A stretch of DNA of 64,000 nt from Macrostomum lignano (taxonomy: Eukaryota), in assembly GCA_002269645.1 (NCBI GenBank), contig NIVC01001944.1, positions 1 to 64,000 on the forward strand, given 5' to 3'. Every line of letters starts with the position of its first letter. Position 1 is the stretch's first letter. Below are positions 35,118-47,400 of this stretch, one piece after another. Made by a program: the position numbers and the translations under genes. The notes below the pieces were generated by a model. The model saw nothing but the letters and a program-made list of their open reading frames with translations, was not told the origin of the DNA and ran no database searches.

Positions 35118-37423
35118 AGGATCTTGTCCCCGCCCATCAGATTGTCGGAGCGCCCGTAGAGTTTATCCGGCTAGCCGACAAGGGCAAGAAAAACGACCGT
35201 GCTGTTGATGTTGTGTGTAGTAACCAGGATGTCCGGTGCAGCCAAACCGTGTCTAGGGCAGAATCCTCCAGCTCCGGGTACTACCTGCAGGCCACTGTGG
35301 GAGACATTAAGCTGATTGGGTGTCTAGATAGTGGTTCAAATGCGTCCATCATCAGCCCAGAAATTCGGGACAAACTGTTAGCAGCCGATCCTATCAATAA
35401 TCGCTTCACGGCTGCAACTACAGTGCAGTCAGCTTCGGGATTCAATGGTGCCTCCAGCCGAATCCTTGGCAAGTTAGTTTGCGAGGTTCAAGTAGCGAAT
35501 GAGACAAAGCCGCACGTTTTCCTAGTCATAGAACACTCGATCTCCGACACTCTCTTTGGGATCGACTTCATGCGGAATTTCCAGATTAATTTATTGGTGG
35601 CAGAGGGTCGAGCGACGGCTGGAGGTGAGCTTATTCCTGTCATCGAAGGGGACAGTAGCATCTTCCAAGTCAAGAGAGTGCTGGCGGCTTGCAATGTCGA
35701 ACTCCCGCCCAGGTCGGAGACTCTAATCCCTGGGAGGGTGATAGACAGTCAGCCTAACACCTGCGGCTCCGTGGGTGGCAAGATTTTTGCGAACGACTCG
35801 AGCCTCTTAATAGCACACTCGGTAGACCAAGTAAACAGTTCCAATCACATCTTGCTGCGGGTCTTAAACACCAGTGAAGAACCAGTATCACTCAGAAGAG
35901 AAGATGAAATGGGATCCTTCCAGCAGTTGGGGCCAAACGAGACAATCAGTAAAACTTCAATTTCTGAAAAAGACTTTAAAATCGAAAACACTGATCAGCT
36001 CCTTAGAAAACTCAATCAGCTGCCTAGTCCAGATGAAGGTACAGCGAAGTGGCTATCAAACCAGTTTCGCCTAACGGAGTCCAAACTCAGCGAGGAACAG
36101 TTGGGAACTACACTGAAAATGCTTAACTATTTCTTAAGTCAAATCTCTCGTAGTGAGCACGATATCTCGAGAACCCAATTGCATGAACTGGCTATCGAAC
36201 TGAAAGACCCTAGCTGTAGGCCGATCACGCAGCCATCACGCCGCACCAGCCCGGCTCAAAAAGATTTCCTTGACAAATATATAGAACAGCTAGTGGAGCA
36301 GGGCATAGTAGAAGAGTGTGATTCCGAGTGGGCCTCACCAATTGTCTTAGTCAAAAAGAAGGACCAGTCTTACAGAATGTGTGTTGACTACAGAGCGGTC
36401 AACAAGCTAATAAAGCCGTGTAGCTTTCCGCTCCCATTAATGGATGAAACGTTTGATAGCCTTGCCGACTCTACCATCTTTTCAACACTAGATTTAACAA
36501 GTGCATACTGGCAGGTAGGAATTAGAGAGCAAGACCGAGACATTACGGCTTTTTCTTGCCCCCAGGGCACATTCCGTTGGCGAGTTGTGCCATACGGTAT
36601 CAAAACGGCACCATCTAACTTTGCTAAGCTGATGCACCGTGTGCTCAAACCCTTGCTGATGAGAGTTAGCCTCGTCTATCTTGACGACGTCATTATCAAA
36701 GCTCGAACTAGTAGCGAAATGATAACAAACCTAGCGCTGGTGTTTTGGCAACTACAAAAGGCAAACCTAAAAATTAAGCCAGCTAAATGCGAGCTTTTCA
36801 GGGAAAAACTAAAGTTTTTAGGATTTGTAGTATCGGCGGATGGAATCGAGACGGACCCCAGCAAAACAGAGGCCGTCCAGAGTTGGTGTAGGCCAAAGAC
36901 AGGGAAACAACTCTTGTCATTCTTAAATTTTGCCAACTATTACCGTAAATTTGTGCCAAAATTCTCGATCATAGCAGCTCCACTGTATGCTATCGCTAAC
37001 TCCGATAGGTTTCACTGGGAAGAAAAGCACGAAGAAGCTTTCAAACAGTTAAAGGACAGTCTCTGCAATCCTCCAACTCTGGCGTACCCGGATATGCGTC
37101 CAGAAGCCGGCCCCTTCGTGCTAGACTGTGACAGCTCTGGCCTGGGGGTGGGAGGAGTCCTGTCCCAGGTTGGCAAAGCTGGTAAAGAGCATGTGATAGC
37201 ATTCGCTTCGAAGAAGTTCAACAATGCACAAAGAAATTATTGTGCAACAATGCGCGAGCTGCTCGGTTTGATTATCATGCTAGAGCAGTTCCGCACTTAC
37301 CTCTTAGACAGGCCTTTCGTCGTCCGAACTGACGCCGTGGCGCTTAAATGGCTTCATTCCAAAAAAACACGCTACGGGAATGCTAGCCCAGTGGCTTGTG
37401 ATCCTAGAGCCTTACAACTTTAG
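34961..37423 (+). CDS. pol: Pol part 1: cold-shock domain, aspartic protease, RT, RNase H
   Basis: Cold-shock motifs YGFI and VFVH (35018-35215); LDSG protease; SPIVLVKKKD, YLDD and LDCDSS. One extra base in the A7 run near 37360 splits Pol. Confidence 0.92.
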   Translation: MAPPEAAHTEGSAKVEKELGRISYWSNAYGFIQSLPLGDSVFVHFSQLSSELKDLVPAHQIVGAPVEFIRLADKGKKNDRAVDVVCSNQDVRCSQTVSRAESSSSGYYLQATVGDIKLIGCLDSGSNASIISPEIRDKLLAADPINNRFTAATTVQSASGFNGASSRILGKLVCEVQVANETKPHVFLVIEHSISDTLFGIDFMRNFQINLLVAEGRATAGGELIPVIEGDSSIFQVKRVLAACNVELPPRSETLIPGRVIDSQPNTCGSVGGKIFANDSSLLIAHSVDQVNSSNHILLRVLNTSEEPVSLRREDEMGSFQQLGPNETISKTSISEKDFKIENTDQLLRKLNQLPSPDEGTAKWLSNQFRLTESKLSEEQLGTTLKMLNYFLSQISRSEHDISRTQLHELAIELKDPSCRPITQPSRRTSPAQKDFLDKYIEQLVEQGIVEECDSEWASPIVLVKKKDQSYRMCVDYRAVNKLIKPCSFPLPLMDETFDSLADSTIFSTLDLTSAYWQVGIREQDRDITAFSCPQGTFRWRVVPYGIKTAPSNFAKLMHRVLKPLLMRVSLVYLDDVIIKARTSSEMITNLALVFWQLQKANLKIKPAKCELFREKLKFLGFVVSADGIETDPSKTEAVQSWCRPKTGKQLLSFLNFANYYRKFVPKFSIIAAPLYAIANSDRFHWEEKHEEAFKQLKDSLCNPPTLAYPDMRPEAGPFVLDCDSSGLGVGGVLSQVGKAGKEHVIAFASKKFNNAQRNYCATMRELLGLIIMLEQFRTYLLDRPFVVRTDAVALKWLHSKKTRYGNASPVACDPRALQL

Positions 37424-40115
37424 CGTTGAGCAGACGCCGCTGGAACGCTTGGCAGACTTTGACTTCTCCGTGGAACATAGGCCTGGGGAGAGCCACATTA
37501 ATGCCGACATTCTCAGTCGCAATCCCAAATTCCGTCCGGACCATTTCGACTGCCCATCTTGCTCTCGTATTCCAGAGTTTCAGGCCAGGTTCGGATGCCA
37601 AAGTAGCGCCGTTAGAGCCGTTAAAATAGGCTGTGCTAAATTAGAAAAGCACGAGGCTTCGACTCAAACCGAAGGTACACACTTTTTAGATCAACCAACC
37701 ATGTGTGAACCCACTAGGAATGATGACCACGGCAATGAGAGCCGGCTTGATAGTTGTCACTCAGTTAGCCAAGCGATCCAGACTGATCCATCAGGCACAA
37801 ACCAGAAAGAAACCTCTGAAGATAGCCAAATTCAAGTGACAAAACCTAAGGTTCAGGTGGCTAAAATTGCAACTAATTCTAACAATGACCAAAGTGCGAA
37901 GAGTGACAGAACGAGCGGTAGTCATTCCTTCCACATTGGAACCAGCCTAGCGAATCAAGCCGCTGATGATGCAAGCGAATTAAGCCTACCACAGAGTGAG
38001 GCTGATGAGAGAGTAGATGTGGATTGGGTGACGCTGGCACAAGAGTCAAACGTAGATCTGCTGAGAATCAAGCAATCCGTAGCTGGCTCCGAACCGAAAC
38101 TTAGCAAACAGGATATTCAAGATTGCAGTCGAGAAATTAAAACTCTCTGGGCTCTGTATAACGAACTGTCAGTTGAAAATGGCTTGCTCTACCGCACAAA
38201 GCCAGCGAGGAAGGGCAAACCGAGTGTTAAGCAGTTGATAATTCCCTCGTCTGCAAATTTAGATGAACTAGTAATCAAGTACCATAGAGCGTGCAACCAT
38301 TCAGGAGCCAATAAAACCACGGCGGCATTGAAGGCACGTTTCTTGATCTTTGATCTGGAAACTTACGTAAGAGGTATCGTTGCCGAATGCGAAACTTGCG
38401 CCAGAGTTAAGAAAGGTACAAAGAAGATTAGAGCCCCCCTGCAGCCTACCTTGGCAGGGTATCCCAATCAGGTGGTACACGTTGACCATTGTGGACCTTT
38501 TCCTGAATCTAATGGTATGCGGTATCTTCTGGTGCTGATTGATCGTTTCACCAGCTTCGTCGAGATTGTCCCGGTGCCTGATGTCTCAGCAGGAACTACG
38601 GCGCTAGCCATCCTCACTGAATGGGTGGTAAGGTATGGGACGATGGAACAGATTGTCTCAGATAACGGCACTGCATTCATTAACGCTACGGTTGCCGAGT
38701 TGACTCGAATACTCGAAATCGACATGGTTAGAATCACAGCGAGAAGACCACAGGCCAATGGCAAGGCCGAACGAGCTATCCAAACGATCAAAACCAAAGT
38801 TCGGGCAGTGTGTGCTGATCGTAGAATAGGGTGGCCTTTGGCTGCTAAGCTTGTGGGGTTGTCGATCCGGACGACCGAATCCGAGTCTACCGGCTTCACG
38901 CCAGCAAAGTTGTTCTTCGGGAGAGAACTCGACATCCCCTTGGACCTCCAGTACAACCCACCACCAAGAGAATACTATGATCCGGAATCTTACGCACACA
39001 CCCTGCACAAAGCCCTGGTCGAAACATCGGCTACGGCTCGCGCTTTGCGGGGAAAGGCCCAGAGAAGACAAAAGCGCTACTATGACAGAGCCGTTTTTAA
39101 ACCCAACTTTGAAGTAGGTGAGCTGGTCTGGGTTCGAAACCCGGATCACAGAGGCCTTGACCCAGCAGTTTGGTTGGGACCATACCGCGTAGTTCAGCAA
39201 ATATCCGAGCGCAACTATCGGCTCCTGCCCGAATTTATTAGAGAAAATCCATTCATTCGAACTCCTAACCCGAGCCACAACATTTATAATGTAGACAGAA
39301 TAAAAAAATGCATACGCAAGCCGAACTATCAAGACACCATTGACCGTTTTGGTCTAAAAATAACTGCACGGTTGCCGGAATCTCGTGTGGGAAATTGTGA
39401 CGAGGACTCGCCAGCCTCGGATTCCAGCTCGGACTCCGACATGGAAGAGCGTGGATTACCTTACTTCCCAGTTGCAGGGCTGGGATCGAACCAGGTGCAG
39501 TCCAGTGAGAACCAGGTGCAGTCCAGTGAGAACCAGGTGCAGTCCAGTGAGAACCAGGTGCAGTCCAGTAAGAACCTGGTGCAGCCTGGTGAGAACCAGG
39601 TGCAGTCCGGCGAGAACCAGGTGCAGTCCAGTGAGAAACGGTTGCAGCCCGGTGAGACTTCGGTGTGTACAGGTGGAACCCAAGGACAACCGGTTGAGGA
39701 CCTTGGTCAGCCAGTTTTGGACCTGTTGCAACCCAGAACAGAGTCTGGAAATTTTGTGCAGAAGCCAGATTTTTTAAGTGAAAAACACACTCAACACCGT
39801 GTGCCTGAAGTAGGTGGTAATAGTAGCACGAATCGACTCGAACAAGTCGAGGATGGCCAGGTTCCTTCAATCGGTGCGGAGGTAGAGATAGTGGGAGATA
39901 GAACGCGTGAGTTGCCTGGAACCGCCAGCCAAGGACAGAGGACGGAGCCAGCTGGCCAGCGTGAAACAGTGGAACCAGACCCATCGTTATCAGACAGAGT
40001 CAGTACTCGGGGTAGCATTTACACCACTCGAAGTGGCAGGGCGGTTCGGCCGCCAACCAGATTTTTGCAGGTGCTTGCCGGGTTTTGCCACCGCTCCAAT
40101 TCCAACAGTCTTTGA
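37380..40115 (+). CDS. pol: Pol part 2: RNase H end, spacer, integrase and a repeat-containing tail
   Basis: HHCC motif (YHRACNHSG...CETC); DDE residues in HVDHCGP, SDNG and KAERAIQT; GPY/F motif (WLGPYRVV); QVQSSEN x about 7 (21-bp repeats). Confidence 0.92.
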   Translation: MLAQWLVILEPYNFSVEQTPLERLADFDFSVEHRPGESHINADILSRNPKFRPDHFDCPSCSRIPEFQARFGCQSSAVRAVKIGCAKLEKHEASTQTEGTHFLDQPTMCEPTRNDDHGNESRLDSCHSVSQAIQTDPSGTNQKETSEDSQIQVTKPKVQVAKIATNSNNDQSAKSDRTSGSHSFHIGTSLANQAADDASELSLPQSEADERVDVDWVTLAQESNVDLLRIKQSVAGSEPKLSKQDIQDCSREIKTLWALYNELSVENGLLYRTKPARKGKPSVKQLIIPSSANLDELVIKYHRACNHSGANKTTAALKARFLIFDLETYVRGIVAECETCARVKKGTKKIRAPLQPTLAGYPNQVVHVDHCGPFPESNGMRYLLVLIDRFTSFVEIVPVPDVSAGTTALAILTEWVVRYGTMEQIVSDNGTAFINATVAELTRILEIDMVRITARRPQANGKAERAIQTIKTKVRAVCADRRIGWPLAAKLVGLSIRTTESESTGFTPAKLFFGRELDIPLDLQYNPPPREYYDPESYAHTLHKALVETSATARALRGKAQRRQKRYYDRAVFKPNFEVGELVWVRNPDHRGLDPAVWLGPYRVVQQISERNYRLLPEFIRENPFIRTPNPSHNIYNVDRIKKCIRKPNYQDTIDRFGLKITARLPESRVGNCDEDSPASDSSSDSDMEERGLPYFPVAGLGSNQVQSSENQVQSSENQVQSSENQVQSSKNLVQPGENQVQSGENQVQSSEKRLQPGETSVCTGGTQGQPVEDLGQPVLDLLQPRTESGNFVQKPDFLSEKHTQHRVPEVGGNSSTNRLEQVEDGQVPSIGAEVEIVGDRTRELPGTASQGQRTEPAGQRETVEPDPSLSDRVSTRGSIYTTRSGRAVRPPTRFLQVLAGFCHRSNSNSL

Positions 40116-40677
40116 TTTCCTTCTCTTTCCCTCCATTCGTTGTGTTGTCTCGCTTTGTTCTCTTCTTCCTTTTCTGTTCTTTGTTTTCCGTGCCAGTGCC
40201 AAGTTAGCCCTGAGTCTGCCGGTTGTGTTGCCGCCGGTGGGTTGTGTGTGTGTGTGGCGGCGTCCCGTCCGTGTGTTGGCTGGGTGAGCTCTGCTGCGCA
40301 GTTCGAATTGAAGTTCGTGCATTCCGATCCGTGGTGACGTTATTTTCGGTTCTGTGATTTGCTTTTGTCACTTAGCTCTCGGTTTCAGTTGTAATTATTA
40401 ATTGTTATTTTACGTCCTTGCTTATAAAGTCTCAGTGATGCAATATTTTAATCCGTGCTAGTTACAGAATGTTACTTAAGGTCTTTTAAATCCCATGCAA
40501 TATGCTCAATGACTTCTCAACATTCGTATACTTTCGGTGACGTCTACTTTGAATATTTCGTTCACTCCGTTCGTGTTCCCATTTTTGTGTCATTCAATTT
40601 CTGTTCGATGTGTTCGGTTAATAACGCTAATCATGTTAATAATGTTTCATGTAGTTTACTGCCAATAGGCTCGTTTT

Positions 40678-40691
40678 GGAAGGGAGGCGAG
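40678..40691 (+). promoter_or_regulatory. Polypurine tract
   Basis: GGAAGGGAGGCGAG abuts the 3' LTR. Confidence 0.8.
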
Positions 40692-41112
40692 TGTAACGGT
40701 TTGGAAATTCTGTAATTCAAATCTAGTTTATTAACATGGTGTATTTTAACTTTATTCAAATCCTTAGCTGTTTAGATTACATGTGTAATTACTCTAGGGT
40801 TTTAATATTACGTATTTTGTTAATTTGGTTTCCGTTTCCAAGAAATGCGACTCATAATTTTAACATGTAAGTTCTAGTCTTTTTCTGTAAGCGTGTGGCA
40901 GCCTGGGACGTAGATCAACCTAGCATGTACGTGAGATACAATAATTATAATCAGAGCCGATCACCAGTGTACGCATTCATACTAAGACAGTAAGATTTCT
41001 TATGCTCCGAGTATAGTAAATCGTCCAGGACTGACAGACGTATCTGCTGAACCATATACGTTGCTAATACTCTCTCTTCGCTAGTAATATTAAATATACC
41101 GGACTCGTTACA
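40692..41112 (+). repeat. 3' LTR
   Basis: 421 bp, near-identical to the 5' LTR. Confidence 0.95.
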
Positions 41113-41952
41113 CTTGTTAAAAAATTGGGAAATTTTTTACTTTTGCATGTTAATAATTCTATGACATAATATTAAAATGTATTATTTTATTCCATTTTCA
41201 ACTAAAATATGTTCGCTTAGGCCTATCATTTGATTGTTTTTATGTCAGCAAGTTATACCAATATTTTTTTTGTTTTTATGTCAGCTATTTATACCAATAA
41301 ATTTTTCTATTAGTCTTTATACTACTAGGCATTTATGCTAATGGCAATGCTAATTTAAGACTAGATTTATACTATATAGATTTCTGGTGTAACTGTAACA
41401 AAATGGACTAACAAGACTATGGATGGACATGATATTGGTATCTATTCTAGTTAGCCTAATAATAAGCAAGCAAAGCAAATTTGTAAGCCTAAATTAGAAA
41501 ATACTAGGCCTAGAATCAAGAAATAATGCTTTACTTTTTCTATTTCTGAGTTTGATAACAGACTAGGTCTAAAAAGGAAGTATTTTTATATTTAGTTTAG
41601 ACTTACTAAATCTAAAATACTAAATGAAAAATAGGCCTATAATTAATTTCTAAAGTCTCATTGCTAAATTCATTAAATAGTAATATAATCTACCTAGCCT
41701 AGTTGATATAATTTTTGCTTCATTTAAATATAATTTTCCCTAAGAAAAAAACAATAGTAACTATACAAAGATTCAAAAACTACATGTCATCTATATTTTA
41801 GAAAATGTCATTCACACTGGGATTTTCTAGTGTATATTTGATTTATATAAAAAATTTGCCTACATTGGCATGGCTTTAGGCAATGTATTGTATTGTATAG
41901 TAAGATGGTGATATGGTATAATAATATTGTATAGCTTATATAGGGCGTGGAT

Positions 41953-42607
41953 TAGTGTTCCGCCATAAGGAGGGTCCATGTATCATAGCTGTAGTTGTAA
42001 GCAAAACTATGGCTTATTTCAATTCTCCATATTCCATAGCCGTAGGGACCCCAATATTACCATACTCCTGTAGTTCCCATAGCCATAGCCATAATTTTAA
42101 CAAAAAATCTAGAAAACAAAATATTTTGAATCAAGGAGATAACTTAGTCTTAGTGCTTAAACAACTGCAAATTAAGTTAGAAAATAAAAGAAACACTCAA
42201 TTGCCTTTGTAAGATTATATTTCGTGTTTTTTCAGAGCAACAATACTTAATTGTTACTGAAAGTACTAATGCTAAACTTTTTCACAATAATAAAAATTAG
42301 AGTTTGTTAGTGTTTTATTGTACTTTTTAGGTATATTTTAAAAGTTTCTAAGTTGATAATACAGTTTACATGTACTAAAAGTATATTTGTTTTATTCTAC
42401 CTGTTTCTAATATTTTTTTAATTTTTTAACGTTAATAACTACGGCTATGGGAATCTATAGAATGTGACAACAACTACCATATTTCCATAGTTATAGCCAT
42501 AAGAGTAGCTAGCTACTGTAGGCGTATCTGTAGCTGCCGTAGGCACCTATTTTTTCATATTTGCCATAGGATCCTGTAGCCGTAGCTACAGCTATGGCGG
42601 AACACTA
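41953..42607. mobile_element. hAT-type MITE
   Basis: 15-bp TIRs TAGTGTTCCGCCATA / TATGGCGGAACACTA. Flanks GCGTGGAT / GTGTGGAT match at 7 of 8 positions. Confidence 0.8.
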
Positions 42608-43843
42608 GTGTGGATACATTTTTCTATACCAAATATTCATAAAAATTACATATACTTGATATAATTATATATTTCTTGTTTTTTAACCACTAGTAAATCA
42701 TAGATTATAAAATGTAAAATTAAATATAGAGAAAATCATTGATTTTAAATAACAAATATTCAAAATTTCAAAAGAAGCTTTTTTGTAGTCTCAAAATCTT
42801 CTCTTTCTTTCTTTTCTTTTATTTTCATGTAACTAAAGTTGAGCTATCTCTATCTGTGTGCTTAATAATAGATAGATAAATGGCTCAACCAATTTTCACC
42901 CAACTTGGACTATTTGATCAGAAATTTCCCTGTGATAGTATATGCATTGTAGCTAAGAAATTGCTCAATGCTAAAGCAATTAAATATTTAAAACACATGC
43001 TGTTTTGTAAAGGTCAAGCAAAATTTTTGACTTGAAATATATTATAAGAATTTTAGAAAAAAACTGACAGACTAAATTCTGATTATAATAAAGACTACAT
43101 CAAAATAGGTTTATCTATGTACTGGCTAAATTTTGATGTTTGACAAATTGTGTCACAGTGTTGAAAACCAGTGTGAAAGCATAAAAGCACCAGACTTGAT
43201 TAAGATTGCATTAACCATATTGCTAACTTTCCTGGAGACTGATACTGGCTGACTAAGAAATCAATTATATCATAACAAGGCTTACTAAGGGAATTGCATA
43301 GATGTCAAGGCTTACTGGAATAATTGCTAAAATGTCAAGGCTCATAAAAAATTTCTAAGATGTGTAGGCTTACTGGGGGAAGTGCTGGGATGTCTGAGAT
43401 ATCTAGCTGTAAATTGCAGCATGCACTCAACATGATCCAGAGAGTATGATATGTCATTTATTTGAAACATTATTCATTCCTTTGTTTGTTGTCTCTCCAA
43501 TGGGAAAACTAAGATTGCTGGTTGTTGCAATAATAATGAAATAGCTTATAAGCAATTCATTCCAAAGAAAATTGGCCATTGACTATTATTATTTTATTTG
43601 AAACCCTATGCTTATTTGTACTAATCAGTTGTATCCTAAGTGATGGAGTTTGACATTAAATGTGCTGTCCATCTTGTGGCAAAGCGCGTGACCACAAAGC
43701 AAGGGGTAAGAGTCATCCTGCCAGCAGTTATACCCTATATCATCAATCCCTGAGCACGCACATGGGTATGTACACAGGTACAGTGCTCACACAGGTGTAC
43801 AGTGGCCCTGCTAAATTTCATGCCCTCTCTCAAGAGCTAGTTG

Positions 43844-44265
43844 ATGTCGGACTCAGCTTCCTTGCGACATCGCAACAGTGGTCGTCGCTGTAGCCGAAGC
43901 CGAAGCCCCAGCCGGGCTGCTCATCGCCGGCACCGCAGCCGGAGTCCGTGTCACCGGCACTCGCCAGCACCGACTGTGGGCAGGTCCGAGGCGAAGCAAA
44001 GCCGCAGCAGCCGCAGCCACGGCCTGCACCGCCGTAGGGGCTCGCGCGAACGAAAGTCCAGTCCAGCGGAGGGGTCTGGCAGGAGTGGCAGCGCCAGGAA
44101 TAAGACGGACTCCAGCGGTGCTGGCACTCTCAGGCCCGCTTGGAGCTCCGACTGCTGCGAAGAAGTTCGCAGGGTGGTGCTCGTGCACAAGAGGGATCGG
44201 CCTCTGCGTCAGCAGGCGGAAGATGGAGAGCCTGGCCAGCAACTCGTGAGTTGATGTGGGACAGG

Positions 44266-44301
<36 letters not shown>

Positions 44302-44344
44302 TAGTGTCTGTCTGTCTGTCTGTCTTAGTGTCTGTCTGTCTGTG

Positions 44345-44423
<79 letters not shown>

Positions 44424-47400
44424 AGTCCTAACTCCGAGCCACATGTCCCTCGCAGACAGCTGCACAGCCAACAGAGGCCGGGCAGAGGCGGGAGCAGCCA
44501 GAGCCGCACCCGCCAGCCGCCCCGCCAGCCGCCCCGCCAGCCGCCCCGCCAGCCGCCGCGCAGGCTGCCTCACCAGCCGCCCCGCCAGCCGCCCCGCAGG
44601 CTGCCCTGGTCTCTGGTAGCCAGCAGATTCGCCTGTGCGAAGCGACCAGACGCCGCATCGCCGACGGCACCGGAAGCGAGCCAGCGGAAGCCGAGGTCGA
44701 CGGCGTCAATTTAGTCACGTCTTCCTTTGGCAGATTTGGCCGCTCGCCAGCAGTGGCAGCGGCGGCGACTTCGGTGGCAACGGAAGCGGCAGAGGCGGCG
44801 GTGGCAACGGAGCCAGGGGACGCCAGCAAGGGCGGCGGCAGCGAGAATTGCCGAGCCGGAGCTTCGGCTAAGCGAAAAGCTGACGGCGACAGGCGAAGCC
44901 GCCGCAGTCGGTCACGGTAGGGGTGACGGGGAAGTTTTCGTGGTGAGATGCTTGGGTTGGGAAAGTTTGGTGGATTGCGTAGGTTGAGGAGATTTGGAAG
45001 TTTGGGATTGGGATACCGGATTGGGAAGTTTGGGGATTGGGTAGTTTTGAGGATTGGGAAGTTTGGGGATTGGGTAGTTTTGAGGATTGGGAAGTTTGGG
45101 GATTGGGTAGTTTTGAGGATTGGGAAGTTTGGGGATTGGGTAGTTTTGAGGATTGGGAAGTTTGGGGATTGGGAAGTTTGGGGATTGGGAAGTTTGGGGA
45201 TTGGGAAGTTTGGGGATTGGGAAGTTTGGGGATTGGGTAGTTTTGAGGATTGGGAAGTTTGGGGATTGGGTAGTTTTGAGGATTGGGAAGTTTGGGGATT
45301 GGGTAGTTTTGAGGATTGGGAAGTTTGGGGATTGGGTAGTTTTGAGGATTGGGAAGTTTGGGGATTGGGTAGTTTTGAGGATTGGGAAGTTTGGGGATTG
45401 GGAAGTTTGGGGATTGGGAAGTTTGGGAGATTAGGAAGCTTGGGGATTGGGAAGTTTTAGAATTGGAAAGTTTAGGAGATTAGGAAGTTTGAGATTGGGA
45501 TGCCGGATTGGGAAGTTTGGAAGTTTCGGGGATTGAGGTTTCGGATTGAGAAGTTTTGGGATTCGGAAGTTTGGCGATAGGGAAGTTTGGGGATAGGGAA
45601 GTTTGGGGATAGGAAAGTTTGGGGATAGGGAAGTTTGGGAGATTAGGAAGTTTGGGGATTGGGAAGTTTGAGATTGGGATGACAGGTTGGGAAGTTTGGG
45701 AGATAAGGAAGTTTTGTAGTTTATAGATTGAGATCTTTTGGAATTAGGAAGCTTAGACTCGGGGAAGTTTATGGGAATAGTTTGGAGTTGAGGAGGAATT
45801 TTTGAATTGGAGAGTTTGGGGTTCGGCGGTTTGATGTTTGGGATTTTCCGACCTCATCGGCATTAAAGCCGCTGCGATCCCCGAATTTTCAGCAGCTCCA
45901 GCAGCTCGGATATCAGCGTCCGACGCAGCGGCAGAGGCGGCTCCGACGGCCGACTGAAGATTGACAAGCAGCGGCTGCGCCGGAAAGCCATCGAGAACAC
46001 CGTGCAGCGGCTCGGCGAGCGGTGCCCCCGTCGGCTGGCAGACCTGCCCTGCTTCAAGGCGCTGGGGGTCAAGGTGGGTGGACGCCGACGGTCCCGAAGC
46101 TCCACCAGGCTGATTTTTAATTAGAGGTCTATTAAAAGCTTAAAGGTGCTCACTCATCTCACCAGCTGCTCACTCATCTCACCAGCTGCTCACTCATCTC
46201 ACCAGCTGCTCACTCATCTCACCAGCTGCTCACTCATCTCACCAGCTGCTCACTCATCTCACCAGCTGCTCACTCATCTCACCAGCTGCTCACTCATCTC
46301 ACCAGCTGCTCACTCATATCACCAGCTGCTCACTCATCCCACCAGCTGCTCACTCATCTCACCAGCTGCTCACTCATCTCAGCAACTGCTCACTCATCTC
46401 AGCAGCTGCTCACTCATCTCAGCAACTGCTCACTCATCTCAGCAGCTGCTCACTCATCTCACCAGCTGCTCACTCATCTCACCAGCTGCTCACTCATCTC
46501 ACCAGCTGCTCACTCATCTCAGCAGCTGCTCACTCATCTCACCAGCTGCTCACTCATCTCACCAGCTGCTCACTCATCTCACCAGCTGCTCACTCATCTC
46601 ACTCATCTGCAGATCAGTGAGCTGGAAAGAATCTGTCAAAAATTGACGGCCGCAGAAGAAAAGCAAAATCAGCAAGAACAAGAAGAGAAAGCTTCTTCTA
46701 GTCTTCCAGCTTCTTCTAGGAGCAAAAACTGCTGCTCCGAGCCGACTCAGAATGCTTCAAGCAGCCTGCGGCATCCATTTGAACTGTCCGAGTCAGCGAA
46801 AACTTCGTTCGCTACGTCGCTGTTCTCATCAACAAAGTCTTCTGCTCCTAGTAGATTCGGCGAGTCCAAGACCGATCAGAAGCAGCAATTGCTGGCTTCA
46901 TTTCCAGTTAGCAGCGGTGAGAGACTTGAGTAGAAATAATTACTAATGATAGCCTAAAGTGCTAAATTTCCTACTACTCTGTCAGGGCATTCCTGATATA
47001 AATCTAGTGAAAAAGTGCGTTAAAGCTACTTGTTCTAAGCAGTATTTTCGGGCATGCGAATGAAATCACGATAACGTGAAAACTGTTGTCGAAACAGCTT
47101 TAGAAATTTTGTAGAATTAAAATGCCTTTAAGCTACTTTAACTTTTGATAGTCTGTGAGTAGTATTGTTAAAACATGTTCGCTATTATTATTATGAACAA
47201 AGTTTTAATAATGCAACACCCGCTTGGAACAGGCCAATTCCATCGGCAAAGTGACGAGACTCCTGACCGAGGCGGCGGCCAAGCTGGAGGCGACACCGAG
47301 GCTCTTCAAGAGCAGTCACGGTTGCAGTCCGCCGCCCCAGCTGCTTCAGTTGTGATCAACGGATCCGATGCTAACGAAACCGCTCGGGCCAGCCAGCAGC

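Larger units (their letters stand above)
32897..41112 (+). mobile_element. Full-length young Ty3/Gypsy LTR retrotransposon
   Basis: 421-bp TG...CA LTRs differing at about 3 positions, 4-bp TSD CTTG (32893-32896 and 41113-41116), PBS, PPT, and the order gag-PR-RT-RH-IN. Confidence 0.97.

Noticed and set aside
37355-37370. Programmed frameshift between RNase H and integrase
   Set aside because: It is a single extra base in an A7 homopolymer inside the RNase H domain, so mutation or sequencing error is far more likely.
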